From assembly GCA_016906335.1 (NCBI GenBank), contig JADEYG010000012.1, positions 310,001 to 374,000 on the forward strand: 64,000 bases of DNA. Reading direction: 5' to 3'. Positions 27,501 to 39,141 of this stretch are shown here, piece by piece. A program made the position numbers and the translations under genes. How positions within the stretch are numbered: the stretch's first letter is position 1; each line of letters begins with the position of its first letter. The notes beneath the pieces are model-generated. The model was given only the letters and a program-made list of their open reading frames with translations, did no database searches and was not told the origin of the DNA. Source of the stretch: Novakomyces olei. Its lineage: Eukaryota.

Positions 27501-30500
27501 TGTGAAAAAGTATCATTCAAAGCCGAGTCCATTTGACTATTCAAAACTTGCCCTTTGCCAGATTTATTGCCGCTCTCTGATAATTGAGTATCACTTGAAG
27601 TCGAGGCTGATCGTGGCAGATAATACTGCTTGCTTGCGTTTGTCTCCTTCTCTGTCCATACGCGCTTGAGCTTTTTCCTCATTCTGCAAAAACCTTCAGT
27701 TAAATCTAGTCGCCAACAGTCGACCTGTGGATCCTGAAACAGATCGCTGGAAAGACGGCAGGCAAGAACTTCGTCGTTCCACGCCTGGCACACATCGTTG
27801 TCGTGGTCGATTTCATCATAGTAAGCTTTCGATATCTGTACTCGGTCTACATCTTCAATATCCGCGGCTATCTTGGCAAAGGCCTTGGAGTCTTCTTCGA
27901 GAACACGTTTGGTCGTAGCCTCCCGCTCACTGCGTCTCTTGAGAAACTCGAGCCTTCGCAGAGATCTTTGCTTAACTTTAGCCTGAGCGTTGCGAGACTC
28001 GTTGCGTACAAAGGAAAACCATTCGTCGAGCAATCCGGCTTGGAAAATTTTGTCCAGAATCTGTTCGTTTTTTGACGAAAAATTTGCCAAGAATTCGGCT
28101 GAATCTGATCCTAAAATGTCCCATAAAACTTCGCTGCCACACGCTTTTTCTGCTGTGGGCAGTTTGGCCTGCATCAAGACTTTTTCCGTCTCGTCTGGCC
28201 GCTGCAGTATGAATAAGCGCAGTGCGTCAATTGCCATGTACTTCAAATCCATATCTGCCTCCTTAATTATAGAAAAAAGGTGCAGTAAAACCAGTTTAAA
28301 GAGGCTATCATTTTTGTTAAACATATGCGAGGCAAACAGCTTTTGCCAAAACACCAGTTTATTTAGCAATTCCCTTGTTTCCTCTACCTCGTGTCCCTTT
28401 TCCCAAGACTCGGAAAACTGAAAAAGAAGTACCCGCGAAAACACTGCCTGTAAGTTTTCCAGGACTGATTGACTTATCTTTATAGCGGGCAGTTCAGCGA
28501 CTTTATCATCGGCAACAAACTCAAGGACTGTCCCCACTAAATCAATCAGAATGTTGGCCCCAGAAAGAATAAAGCCTTCAAAGATGGCGTCCGCAACGTG
28601 CGTGCAAAATTCGGCTAGTCTCGAAAGGACCCGAGAATCCTTGAGCATAAACAGATTCTCTCCAATTTTTGCGTGCAATATATTGAGCGTATTACGCTGC
28701 AAAAACGTTTCAAAGTATATCTGGTGTTCCTTGAAAGACGCTGGAATTAAAGAATTAATCCGTAAATAAGGCAGATTTGTAGAAAGGACTCTGTGAACAT
28801 TAGAAGCCAAAAACAGTTCAACCATCATCTGGAGCACTCTATGGCCCAATCGTAATTTGGGCACAACTTCAGCGTGGACAGGCACATTTAAAGTTGCCGG
28901 AGCCGAGTCTGCGACTAACGAACTGGCTGAGGACTCCAAGAGGACATAACTGTCTTCTCTTCTCAGTGAAGGCGCTGCCCGACTCGGCCTTCGAGATGAA
29001 GGCTTTATAGCACCCACAGATACAGATCCGGATCCCGAGGCAGAAGTAGAAGCAGAAGCTGCTGCTGCAGGAATAATAGAATCCGTACTTGATCGTGAAG
29101 CAACCCGGACAATCTGGGGTCTTGAACCTGGAGCCGCCCTGTTCGTCAGGACTACATCGTTCTCCGAGGCCATTGCACTGATACCTGTGCCCTTGGATTT
29201 CATTTCTTCCTCCACGCTTGTTGCACCATTAGCACAAATCAAGGGAAAAAGTGACTCGAGAATTAATTCTCCAAAGGCGTCGGAGCTGCAGTAATTAGCA
29301 AACTGCTCGTTCGTTTGCCTTAAAACGATCAAAAAGCTCAAAACATCTTCCAGAATTTGCGATTGTGCATCTGCATCATCACAAATCATTTCATCGTTAC
29401 CAAGAGCAATCTTATAATCATCAAATGTATCAGCAAACGAATGGACAAAGGAAAAGGCGTTCCTCTGATCTGAATCATAGATGCCTTCATCTACAAGCGT
29501 TTCCATTCCACTCTTGATCATCTCCATTATGACGGGGAAAACTTCAAAAATCAGCACTGAACTTGAACTTTCATTTCCGGTTTTGCTCTCTGGTGAGATC
29601 TGTGCATTGCCCGGGTTCGATAGGGATAAATTGTTGTCAAAGCCTGCCGATTTATTTGCAGAATTACTCGCCAGCTCTTGCACTAATTGCTCCATAGAAA
29701 ACGCGCTTGCACAGCAGTTTGCCGATGGTCTTTTCCGCAATAAAATGCCTAACAAAAGAGGCCAGGTACGTGGAACCTTCCACCAAAACTGAGCTTGCGA
29801 TCTTAAAACGGAAAACGATTGCACTTTTGGATGGGAGAACTTGGAAATGTACAGTGTGCCCTGTGTGACAAAAAGAGAATTCAGTATACGCAACCCGTAT
29901 TGAACCACACAGTGATCCTTGTTCATTAACAATATTAGAGTCCATTTCCACGTAATTGTAGCAGCAAACTTATTTGCTATTGTATGGTCATCGTCCTCCA
30001 GCATTTCACAAAGCATTGCAATTACTTTGACTCCACACGATCGAAGTTTTAGTGAGCTTTTACTCTGATTGTTCATCTGGTAAACGTCGGCAGTTGCAAG
30101 GCACGTCGACGTTGATCTCCGTGCAGATTTACGTTCAATCTTGTACAAGCAAGATATGACAAAAGTCGCTAGTGCTCGAATCGACTCTTCTGTTGGGTTA
30201 ATTTGTAAAAGAATTCGTAAAGGCTCAACGAAATGTGTGGGGTAGTAATCGTTAAAGTTTCCGCTCTTTAGTACGTTTAAAAGGGCCTTTAACGCGTGCA
30301 TTTTGGCTGTTCGTCTATGATTAAATCGCGCATGAGTGCTTTTAGAGTAAAGAATAGTAAAATGACGGAAATGCGCGGATTGAATGCCGTCGTTATTTGT
30401 CGCCATCCAAATATGAAAGTTCAAAATCGTACAGCGATAGAGCAACAAATTACTGACAATTGCAGACTCTGGATGCTCATAGTCAATGCCAGTATGAAGA

Positions 30501-32566
30501 GCCAGTAAATGCAATACATCTAAATTGATGAGCGAACTCTGTGCCTTTAAAATCATTGCCAGAGTATCGTACCCATTGATGCGTTCCATTTCTTCAGAAT
30601 TGCGCCAGGAACATTGGAAACTGTCCAGTAGAGCCTGCAAGTACATAAAAAGACCTTTTGATGTTTTGGATTGTTCAAGAGCGTACAGGATTGCAGTTAT
30701 TCCCCCCATTGACCATAGTCGGTCTGGCAGACTGCGAAGATTTGCGTTGTATAATAATTCTGGCATGTTTTCAGGAGAGTTACCAGCCATAGATTGATCT
30801 GACACTGATTCCCTTGTCGCTTTTGTGTTGTGAGTGGTCAAGCTAAAAGGCGAAAACGAAAACCAGACAAGCTCCTCTTTTAAGAGCGGCGTTCCTCTCT
30901 TTTGAATTTTAACATAAGCTGAGGAAGAGCGTGCACTCGAAGGGATTTTATCGAATTCGATATTTAAATCCGCTGAGCTCTGGTATGTAAGGAAATTTCC
31001 AAGGCAGTCCTGAAACTTGCCCTGGTAGCCGGGTCCCAACTGGTTAATGATTCTTATAACATCAATGCCGATGGCTGTGGAAAAAATAAATGTCTGAGAA
31101 AGGCAGAATGTGGCGGCAGTTTGATCGCTCAAATTCTGTTCAGAAAACCCTAAAACTACACGGGAAAGACCTTGCTGAGACCTAAAGTCTGGGTATGGGC
31201 ATCGCAGAGATTCCAACCAGATTCCATCGATAAAAATGCTCACTTTAGAGGCTGTATAGCCTCTTGATTGCTTGTGAACAAAGACGACATGCTTCCACGG
31301 CTTTATGCCTTGATCCTGATGCGGATAGTTGCCCATTGACCTTTCCAATCGATGACCGAACCGGATACTCGTACGGGAACTGTTTAAAAAGATAAAGCTT
31401 TTCGACTCATTGTCAATCAAGATCCGGCAAACGGCATTTTCCTTGCCAGTGGCTCCGGTAGAAAGTGCAACAATATCCGTTTTACCATTTGCTGGAATAG
31501 AAAGCACATTTATCCAAAACGATACAGAGTATCCATCCACGGGGCCCGTGCCATTATTTCTTCTGGGAGAGGCAATATTATCAAACTCTAACAGCGTCCG
31601 TTCTCCAGCCAAAGGATCGAATAAACAAAAAGGCGTAAATTTGGCTCTCAACGCATTCCTCACAAGAATATCAGTGCAACGTTGGGACGCAGCCGGAGTC
31701 CCCTCAGAAGGATTAAGAAACTGTCGAAGCAAAATTCGTGCTGCTTTGTTGGAAAACCCAAAGGGAAGAAGCCACCGTGCAATCGCCAACATGTTTTCCT
31801 TGTCCGCTTGGCCCTGATCGCCTTCAATTGTGGTTTGAGCAATACATTCAGCTGCGAAATCCATCAGACCAGCATCCGCCACTTTTGCGGCGTTCGCTAG
31901 ATGAGCATTATCCGCGACTAAATGTCGTGCTAAGCAAGTTGCAAAGCAAAATTCACCGCTTTTGCTGTCCAGTTTTTGAAGCATGAAAATTAGAAATGGT
32001 GCATCACAAAGGCAGTTTGATCCAAGATCTTTATAAATGGTATCACAACTTGAACTGTCTGACTGCGCGTAGCTAAAGCTCTGTTCAAGACGCAATACTT
32101 TTTCGTCGCCCAAGAAAATATGAGCAAAGCATAATGCTACTGCGTGGAGAGAGCCTGCGCCGATCGATTGCGCATACTTTGTCAGTAAGTTTAGCACGTT
32201 TTCAGGAAGAATAAAATCATGTATTTGCAGAGCAAAAGCATTTGTTCGGCAGGCGGCCCGAAGAACGCGGCATAATGCTGCAATAATATCAGCAGCATCG
32301 GCACTTTGTACAGTACTCGAGTCTGTTTCTGAATTTTTTACAGCAAATTTGTCCACACAAAATTTCGTTAAAAGCCGCATGAAAATAACACCGCCTCCGC
32401 TCGAAAGCAACGCAGAAGCTCCATAGTGCGAGCGCCGTATTAGATCAGCAAGAGCGGTGAGACTGGAAAGGAGATCTTGGCTCGATTCACTGGTCTCAAG
32501 TCGTCGAACTTGAGACGTAATTTTTGCCGCAATTGCATCTTGTCCAATGTCGGCAGCACTGCTCAT
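24575..32566 (-). CDS. BEACH-domain protein (Lvs1/Bph1/WDFY3 family), 2663 aa, intronless
   Basis: ConA-like region, PH, BEACH ([51 protein letters not shown]), WD40 repeats and a degenerate C-terminal FYVE-like finger. Confidence 0.96.
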   Translation of the reverse strand: [2663 protein letters not shown]

Positions 32567-33124
32567 TGTTTTAGATCATTGCCCAGCTGTCGTCGACTAG
32601 TTTGTATTTTTGCTGTACCAGTTCCTAAGAGGCCTTTGTGCTTGCAGCGTCACAAAGTCGACCTTTTCCTTAAATTTTTCAAAAAAAGCTATAAAGATGA
32701 GCAGCCCAATATTGCTGGTAAACTGTTTGGCTGCTTTATATTATTATCCAAGCAAAAGGATCTCTTTTGCTGTCATGTCCTCGTCGATAGTAAAGTGTAC
32801 CCGTTGTCATCTATTATGACACCTTATCATCCTTATAATATAATAGCGATTACGCTAAATATTTTTGATATATTGAAAATATATGAATAAATATATGAAT
32901 AAATATATGAATAAACGTATGAATAATAATATACGAACAATATATGAACAAGAATACTATAGATTGTACCGTCCAATTAATACTGTCAGTTCATACTATC
33001 AATTAATACCGAATTATATAATAATAATTTAAAAATTAATTGGATACTTTTACGCTGAGATATATACTGTATAATAAATAATGTACTGCATAAAGACACG
33101 AGTGTTTAGTACAAACAAAGCGCA

Positions 33125-33925
33125 ATGTCGGGCGCTACAGACTACAAATCCCTCAAAGTCAATGAGCTCAAGGATTTGCTCACAGCCGCTGGTCTTCCAA
33201 CTGCCGGTCGGAAGGAGGAACTAATTGCTCGTATCACTGAGCATAATGAAAAATCGGCCGGTGGTGGAGCAAGCAAGGCCACAGATCTCGGTGATCTAGC
33301 ACCCCCAGAGGAGGAAATTGACTGGGGCGACGATGCACCGGCAGAAACAGCGCGGGAAAATATATCAACGGAATCGGCAAAGCCGGTAGAAGCGGCCAGC
33401 AGTGTAGCAAAGCTGCCAGCTGAAAAAGAGACTGTGCCGAGTGCTGGTAAAGTTGGTTCAACAGAGGATTCCACTGAGGATCAATCACACAGTGCAAAGG
33501 ACGATGGCAAAGCTGCCGCGGAAGTACAAAGCCAAGAGAGCGGATCTGCTGCGCCTTCAATTGACGCTGCTGCTGAATTGGAAAAACGAAAAAAGCGTGC
33601 TGAACGATTTGGGCTTTCGCTTGCAAAAGACGAAGAGAAAAAGGTTCAACGTGCTGAACGCTTCGGGTCTAGCGCAGCAGGTGCTACTGAAGCAGCATTA
33701 AATGGGGCTTTGGGTGATGGGAAACGCTCTCAGCGCCGACAAGGTCATCACCGCGGCAATAAGCGGGCTCGTAATGAAAATTCGAGCGCACAAACGCCTG
33801 CTCAGCCGCCTGCTAAACAAAGTGCCCCTCAACCTCATTATCAGCTGAGTGGCGCTGATTTAGAAAAGGCTCGTAAACGCGCTGAAAGGTTTGGAAAGGC
33901 GGAACCAGCCACAGCAGGCTCTTGA
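33125..33925 (+). CDS. SAP-domain mRNP protein Tho1/SARNP-like
   Basis: SAP domain YKSLKVNELKDLL..GLPTAGRKEELIARI and three R-A-E-R-F-G motifs. Confidence 0.9.
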   Translation: MSGATDYKSLKVNELKDLLTAAGLPTAGRKEELIARITEHNEKSAGGGASKATDLGDLAPPEEEIDWGDDAPAETARENISTESAKPVEAASSVAKLPAEKETVPSAGKVGSTEDSTEDQSHSAKDDGKAAAEVQSQESGSAAPSIDAAAELEKRKKRAERFGLSLAKDEEKKVQRAERFGSSAAGATEAALNGALGDGKRSQRRQGHHRGNKRARNENSSAQTPAQPPAKQSAPQPHYQLSGADLEKARKRAERFGKAEPATAGS

Positions 33926-34387
33926 GGGCTTTTTGTTCTATTAATTATATAAAAGATGGAGGTTTAGCAAAAGCTGCTGTTTAATGTATCTTGACATCAT
34001 TTGTTCAACGTTTACTTTACGCGCTTCGTTTCCGTAAACCCAAGTCCAATGCTCGTCTTGTGATGCTTTACTTTTAGACCAGACATTAGGGCCTCATATC
34101 CGAAGCTGTTAAAAGGGCGTTAACGTGCACTGTATGATATGCTGTACACTTACGTCTCTAGCGTAAAAGGCCCATCATACAAATTAAAAGTGTACTTTGT
34201 AAAAGTTTACCTTTTGTATCAAATGTTTATTTGGCCTTCTATTATACGAGTTTCCATGGTTTCGTAGTGTATATCTCCAATGACTTTTTGACTGTTTAAA
34301 ATATGAGTCAATATAATAATCTCGTCTTGATATATGTACTGTAACGCCCAGCCAGACGGGGCTATATTTTGTAGCGTAAAGTAGTTT

Positions 34388-34543
<156 letters not shown>

Positions 34544-34659
34544 TTAGCACCAATCGTATACAAATAAGGATAATATAATAGAGCGCGGAGTCATCTAGAC
34601 ATAAAATTGCTCTAAATTGCTCTACAAAAGCTATTTAATATTACGAGAAAACAAGCACG

Positions 34660-35028
34660 ATGCCAGATTCTACAGTTGATATTATGGACCTCGATGTAAC
34701 TCACGTGCCTAAACCGTTCAGGAACCCGCACTGGAAGCCTACAGCTCGCCGCAACAGAACTGCCCGGCAGATTCTTATGGACGAGAGCCGTACGAGAAAC
34801 ACGCCAATTGATGCGAATGCACCGACCTATCGATCAATTGATGCTCCGCCTAGTTTAATGCCGGCCCGCAAGTACTGTGATGTCACTGGGTTAACGGCGC
34901 TTTACACTGATCCAAGGTCAGGTTTACGCTTCCACAACCAAGAAATTTATGCTGCAATTCGGCAACTTAGCCAAGGCGTTGATCAAGAGTATTTGAAGTT
35001 ACGTGGAGCAGCAGTAGCTTTACGATGA
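34660..35028 (+). CDS. ies6: INO80 complex subunit Ies6 (YL1-C domain)
   Basis: KPFRNP..TYRSIDAPPSLMPARKYCDVTGLTALYTDPRSGLRF..QEYLKLRGA. Confidence 0.95.
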   Translation: MPDSTVDIMDLDVTHVPKPFRNPHWKPTARRNRTARQILMDESRTRNTPIDANAPTYRSIDAPPSLMPARKYCDVTGLTALYTDPRSGLRFHNQEIYAAIRQLSQGVDQEYLKLRGAAVALR

Positions 35029-35113
35029 AAAGGGGCAATCGAGTCTTGCTCGTATTATATTTACATTTGCTTATATGAAACCGTATTGTTTGTTCATGAT
35101 GCTGTATTGTATT

Positions 35114-36743
35114 CTATGGGTACGGTGATTTTGCAGAATAATTACGACGTCGTCTTTGGTGCCTCCGACGCTCGTGAGCGTGATACAGCAGCCGATCCAA
35201 ATCCTCATCGCACTCAACAAGAGCGCCTGTGCGTATCTTGAAATCCAGGATTGGATCGACGCTAGAGGCAAGTGCAGGACAGCCTCGAAGCTCCAGTACC
35301 TGCAGGCTCTTTGCTTTGGTTAATATATAAAGCAGCGAGCTGCTCGAAAATTTTGTGCACTTATTCAACGAGAGCCTGACTGTTAGTAATTGAAGACGAA
35401 ATAAATTGGACAGAATGGAGTTGATAGAATAAGAATAAAAATTTAAATAAAAATAAAAATAATTTATTCATATTCTGTGAGTATATATTTTCATATACAT
35501 TTTAATGATATTACCTTTCAATCGTCGCTCCACGATAGGAGCCAACGGCAAAGATACCATCATCCTCAACATTACAGCCCGCAATACCAATAGTATCGAG
35601 CTGCGTATTGTGCGCCAAGGCGACGATACTCTTGTCTGTAACGAGCCAGCCTCTGTTCATTCTACCGACGTTTATGTACTTTAGCTGTCGGCACCCATGT
35701 GCAATTTCACAGAGCCCTGTGTCGGAAACGCGTTCGCATGCTCGTAAGTCCAGAGTTTCAAGTCCCGGGCAAAACAGGGCAACATCGCGTAAAAATTCGT
35801 CTCCAACTTCAATGCAGCCGGGAAGAATTAATCGACGCAACGCGTTTTCGAGGCCAAGTAGGGTCCGACTGGGAACGACTGATCCACAAATGAAAAACTC
35901 TAAATGCTCTAGTTTTGGCTGATAAAGAGTGTCGATATCACTTTGCTGTAACTGATTTAATTTGTGCAGGACAAGTGATCGAGCACGTCCCACTGTCGCT
36001 GCTGGACTCGTCCGAAAACAGTGGAATCGCGAGTGAGAAGTGAAGTGTATATTTCTTTGCAGGACGCGTTGGGCTGCATGGTAGAATCTAGTGTCCACTA
36101 GCATTGCATTTGCCAGTTTTCCTCGGAACCTTGAATTTGACCCCCTTTCAAAATAATGAGGATTAGAATAATCATCTGCTTTCGCAGTTTGATCTGATTT
36201 ATGGTACTGCGCGTGCATTTCTCGCCAGGTTTCCTGCCAGACTTGTTTTGCTTGTGATTTTGATGATGGGTACATGTACATTGCGTGCTGAAGGCTTCGC
36301 GGCCTTCTTCTTTCCAGAAACTTTTCCGTAGGAATCTCGTTTGTGTAATCGACAAACTCGAGGATGCGTTCAAGGACGAGTGGGATACTGAATACGTCAA
36401 TTTGGAGTTGTGACCTTGACTTTGCTTTATTCTGTGAGTAATTTCGTAAGTGATGAGACGAGATTATGTCAGTTGCAATTTGATTAGATGTAAACTGAAA
36501 AAGTTCATTCTTTTCAATATTGCCGTTTGTCAACGGCGCCTTTTCACATTTGGACAGAGGAGCTTGCGGGTGTCCAGTGAAATCACAGTTGTATTCTGCC
36601 CGCCTTTGATAAAAGCCATATTTGTTTTCAATGGCCAGTGTTTTTGCTTCAACTTGTCGAGGCAAACGAGGCAATTTTCTGCCAAATATTCCGGAGTTTT
36701 GTGGAATAAAATTGCACTCAGTTGTTGCTGCCATCAAGGACAT
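35114..36743 (-). CDS. Amn1-like F-box/LRR protein, 2 exons; start codon uncertain
   Basis: Split F-box (VFSIPLVLERILEF..RRRPRSLQHAM..AKQVW..LANAMLVD) and Cys-containing LRRs (LDLRACERVSDTGL). Intron 35514-35376. The first in-frame ATG is 36743. Confidence 0.8.
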
Positions 36744-39141
36744 ACAAGAGGCAGTTTGGCAATTTACGTTTGCAATTTTTGCGCTTGTATTGGTACGAAA
36801 CTTGCGGCCGATATGGAGTGCCGAGTTCACATGCAATGTCTCAAAATTTTGGCCACGAGGCGATTCGGTGTTTTTTTGCACGAGGCAATTTGGGCACGAT
36901 AAAGACGATGCAAGCTTGCGGGCGCGGCAAAGAGAAGAAGAGTATTGTAGCCTTGAGGATTAGTCGCTGCGCATTCAATGTATGGAGTGACAAGACACAG
37001 TTTGCGGCCATTAGTGCGCGACACCAAAGTATATAAATAAGCTGAAAGCGAAACAAATATCAGATTCAACAACGAACAATTGAAATGATGCAAAAGGGAA
37101 ATAAATGAGAATTGCACTAGATTTGAAAGGCAGAGAGCAAGTGTTGCATTTGCGGACGTGTTTACGCTCACAACAAATGCGGGCGTAAATTCAGGTACAA
37201 CTTGAATCAATAAAAAAGCCGGCAAACAAAGGTCAAGCCGTGATTTGTCCCTAAAACGTCACCGTGTACGCGAAAACGGTCGCAAGTCCCCAACTTTTTT
37301 ATTACCAGCCAATCCGAAAACGGTCAATGAAGAGTTCATAGTCCCGTTTGAGATGTCAAGTCACAAATACGTAACTTATTGTACGCATTAGGAAGCGAGT
37401 CCAGATTCCAAACAGTAAGTAAGTAATAATATGTGCCGAGATGTACGTATAGTGCCTGTTTCATAACGCACACCTCGGATTTTCATTCTCGCACTATTAC
37501 GAATGCGAACAACGCCCGCAAAGCAATCACAAGCCATATAGCACCAGAAAAAAGGAGGGTACAATCATATTTGAAAGGAGGGCGAGGCAAATAGGGTTTT
37601 AAAATGGCAGACAATGGCGAGGACGCCAAACACAAATGATATTACTTATGCAGCGAACAAATAATAAACGTAGAAGTAATAGACATAGAAATAATAAATA
37701 GTAATATAATAAGCAGTTAGAAGACAATGGCCCAAACTTTTATGGGCACGTACACAAAGTGGTTCACAGAATACAATATATACGTGCCACTAAATAATAA
37801 TTATGATAATCGATACGATACGCGTAACGTTATGAATACACTTAATGAACGCGCTTAAAAAGACACGAAGCTTTATGAATCTTTCTGAACTCTCTTTGTC
37901 ACAAAAGGAACATACCTGACTGAGGGCCCGCCCTTGTTATCAGACTGACAAAATGCTGCCATGTCTCTGCAAGGATGGATCGGATTCTCGGAGGCAACTG
38001 AAATAGTTCAGGATTATTGTCGGGAATTTGGAGCTTGGAACTTAGCAATATTATAGGCGGCAGGACTTGCAGGCTTTATTTGATTTCTAATTGACTAACT
38101 GCACCGACTTTCGCATGACACAAAGTCGTTAAACCAAATTAGGAATTGTCTCATTACAGTATATGACTTTATATTTTTAATGATAGCAGTGAAGTCAGTC
38201 ACAATTAGACATGTAAATCTACACTGTTTTTGGCGCTAAAGCTGCGCACGTTCGAGCGGGATATGTTGAGCTTGCGTTTAAGTTTCAAGTTTGTGCACAA
38301 GCCGTTTATCGTATTAATCACATTTTTTTATCATCCGAATTTTAAATACTATTGCCACTTTGTATGCAAGTTTCTTATTATGATAATCGCCTCCAATTTG
38401 AGTCATTCTCATGGTAAATCATTATATCCCGGACCGGCTTTGTCGAGCATTCCATCAAAAAGGTAGGGGTCTTCTGAATTGCGGCTAATCAGATGCCAAT
38501 AGCGAACGAACATCTTGCAGCTCTTTCAATCTCGCTTAATGTGCTTGTACGTAATTTGTCTCCGAGTGAATGAAAAGAGGCAAAAATGTTTACAGGGATT
38601 TGCCCCCACGCACGAGTGTCATGTCCATCGATCGTATATTGACATTAAGAAAACCCTGACGTGGGCTATTACCGGGTGATTTGCGAACAAATTGGGTGCG
38701 TTTAACGCTAAATGTATAATATGAGCCAATAGCAGTCGCGATAGATTTAATATTAAATCCTTTAGTTAATGCACCTGTGCATAGATATATGACCTGAAAC
38801 CAAACGATTATACTGGGAATTAGATGCTGTACCGTGAAAGTGGATCATTTCGTTTCCTTTTGTTTTTTGTATATCGGATATATGTCTCATATTGCATATT
38901 GCACACTTATATACCCCTGCCGTATCGCCAAAAGGTTATCATAAGTTGATGTTCTCTCGAACTTGAATCCACTAGAGAAATAGCTAACGTAATGTAAGAA
39001 TCAAACGCACTCAGGCTGTAATACTCTACGTCATATGATTACAAAACGAACACCAATATTTATGAGCGCAAAAAATAAACTATTAATTCAACATATCAGT
39101 AAATCATGGAAATAGAATTTACTTCCAGTTAAAATACACTC

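Noticed and set aside
32878-32950. Short 9-12 bp tandem repeats (also ~1361-1393, ~4767-4806, ~7691-7727) as a CRISPR-like or mobile feature
   Set aside because: Spacer-less, AT-rich slippage minisatellites in a eukaryote, with no TIR, LTR or transposase nearby.
38196-38203. Homol D box CAGTCACA
   Set aside because: The same 8-mer occurs inside coding regions (~7062, ~53900), consistent with chance, and no target gene follows.
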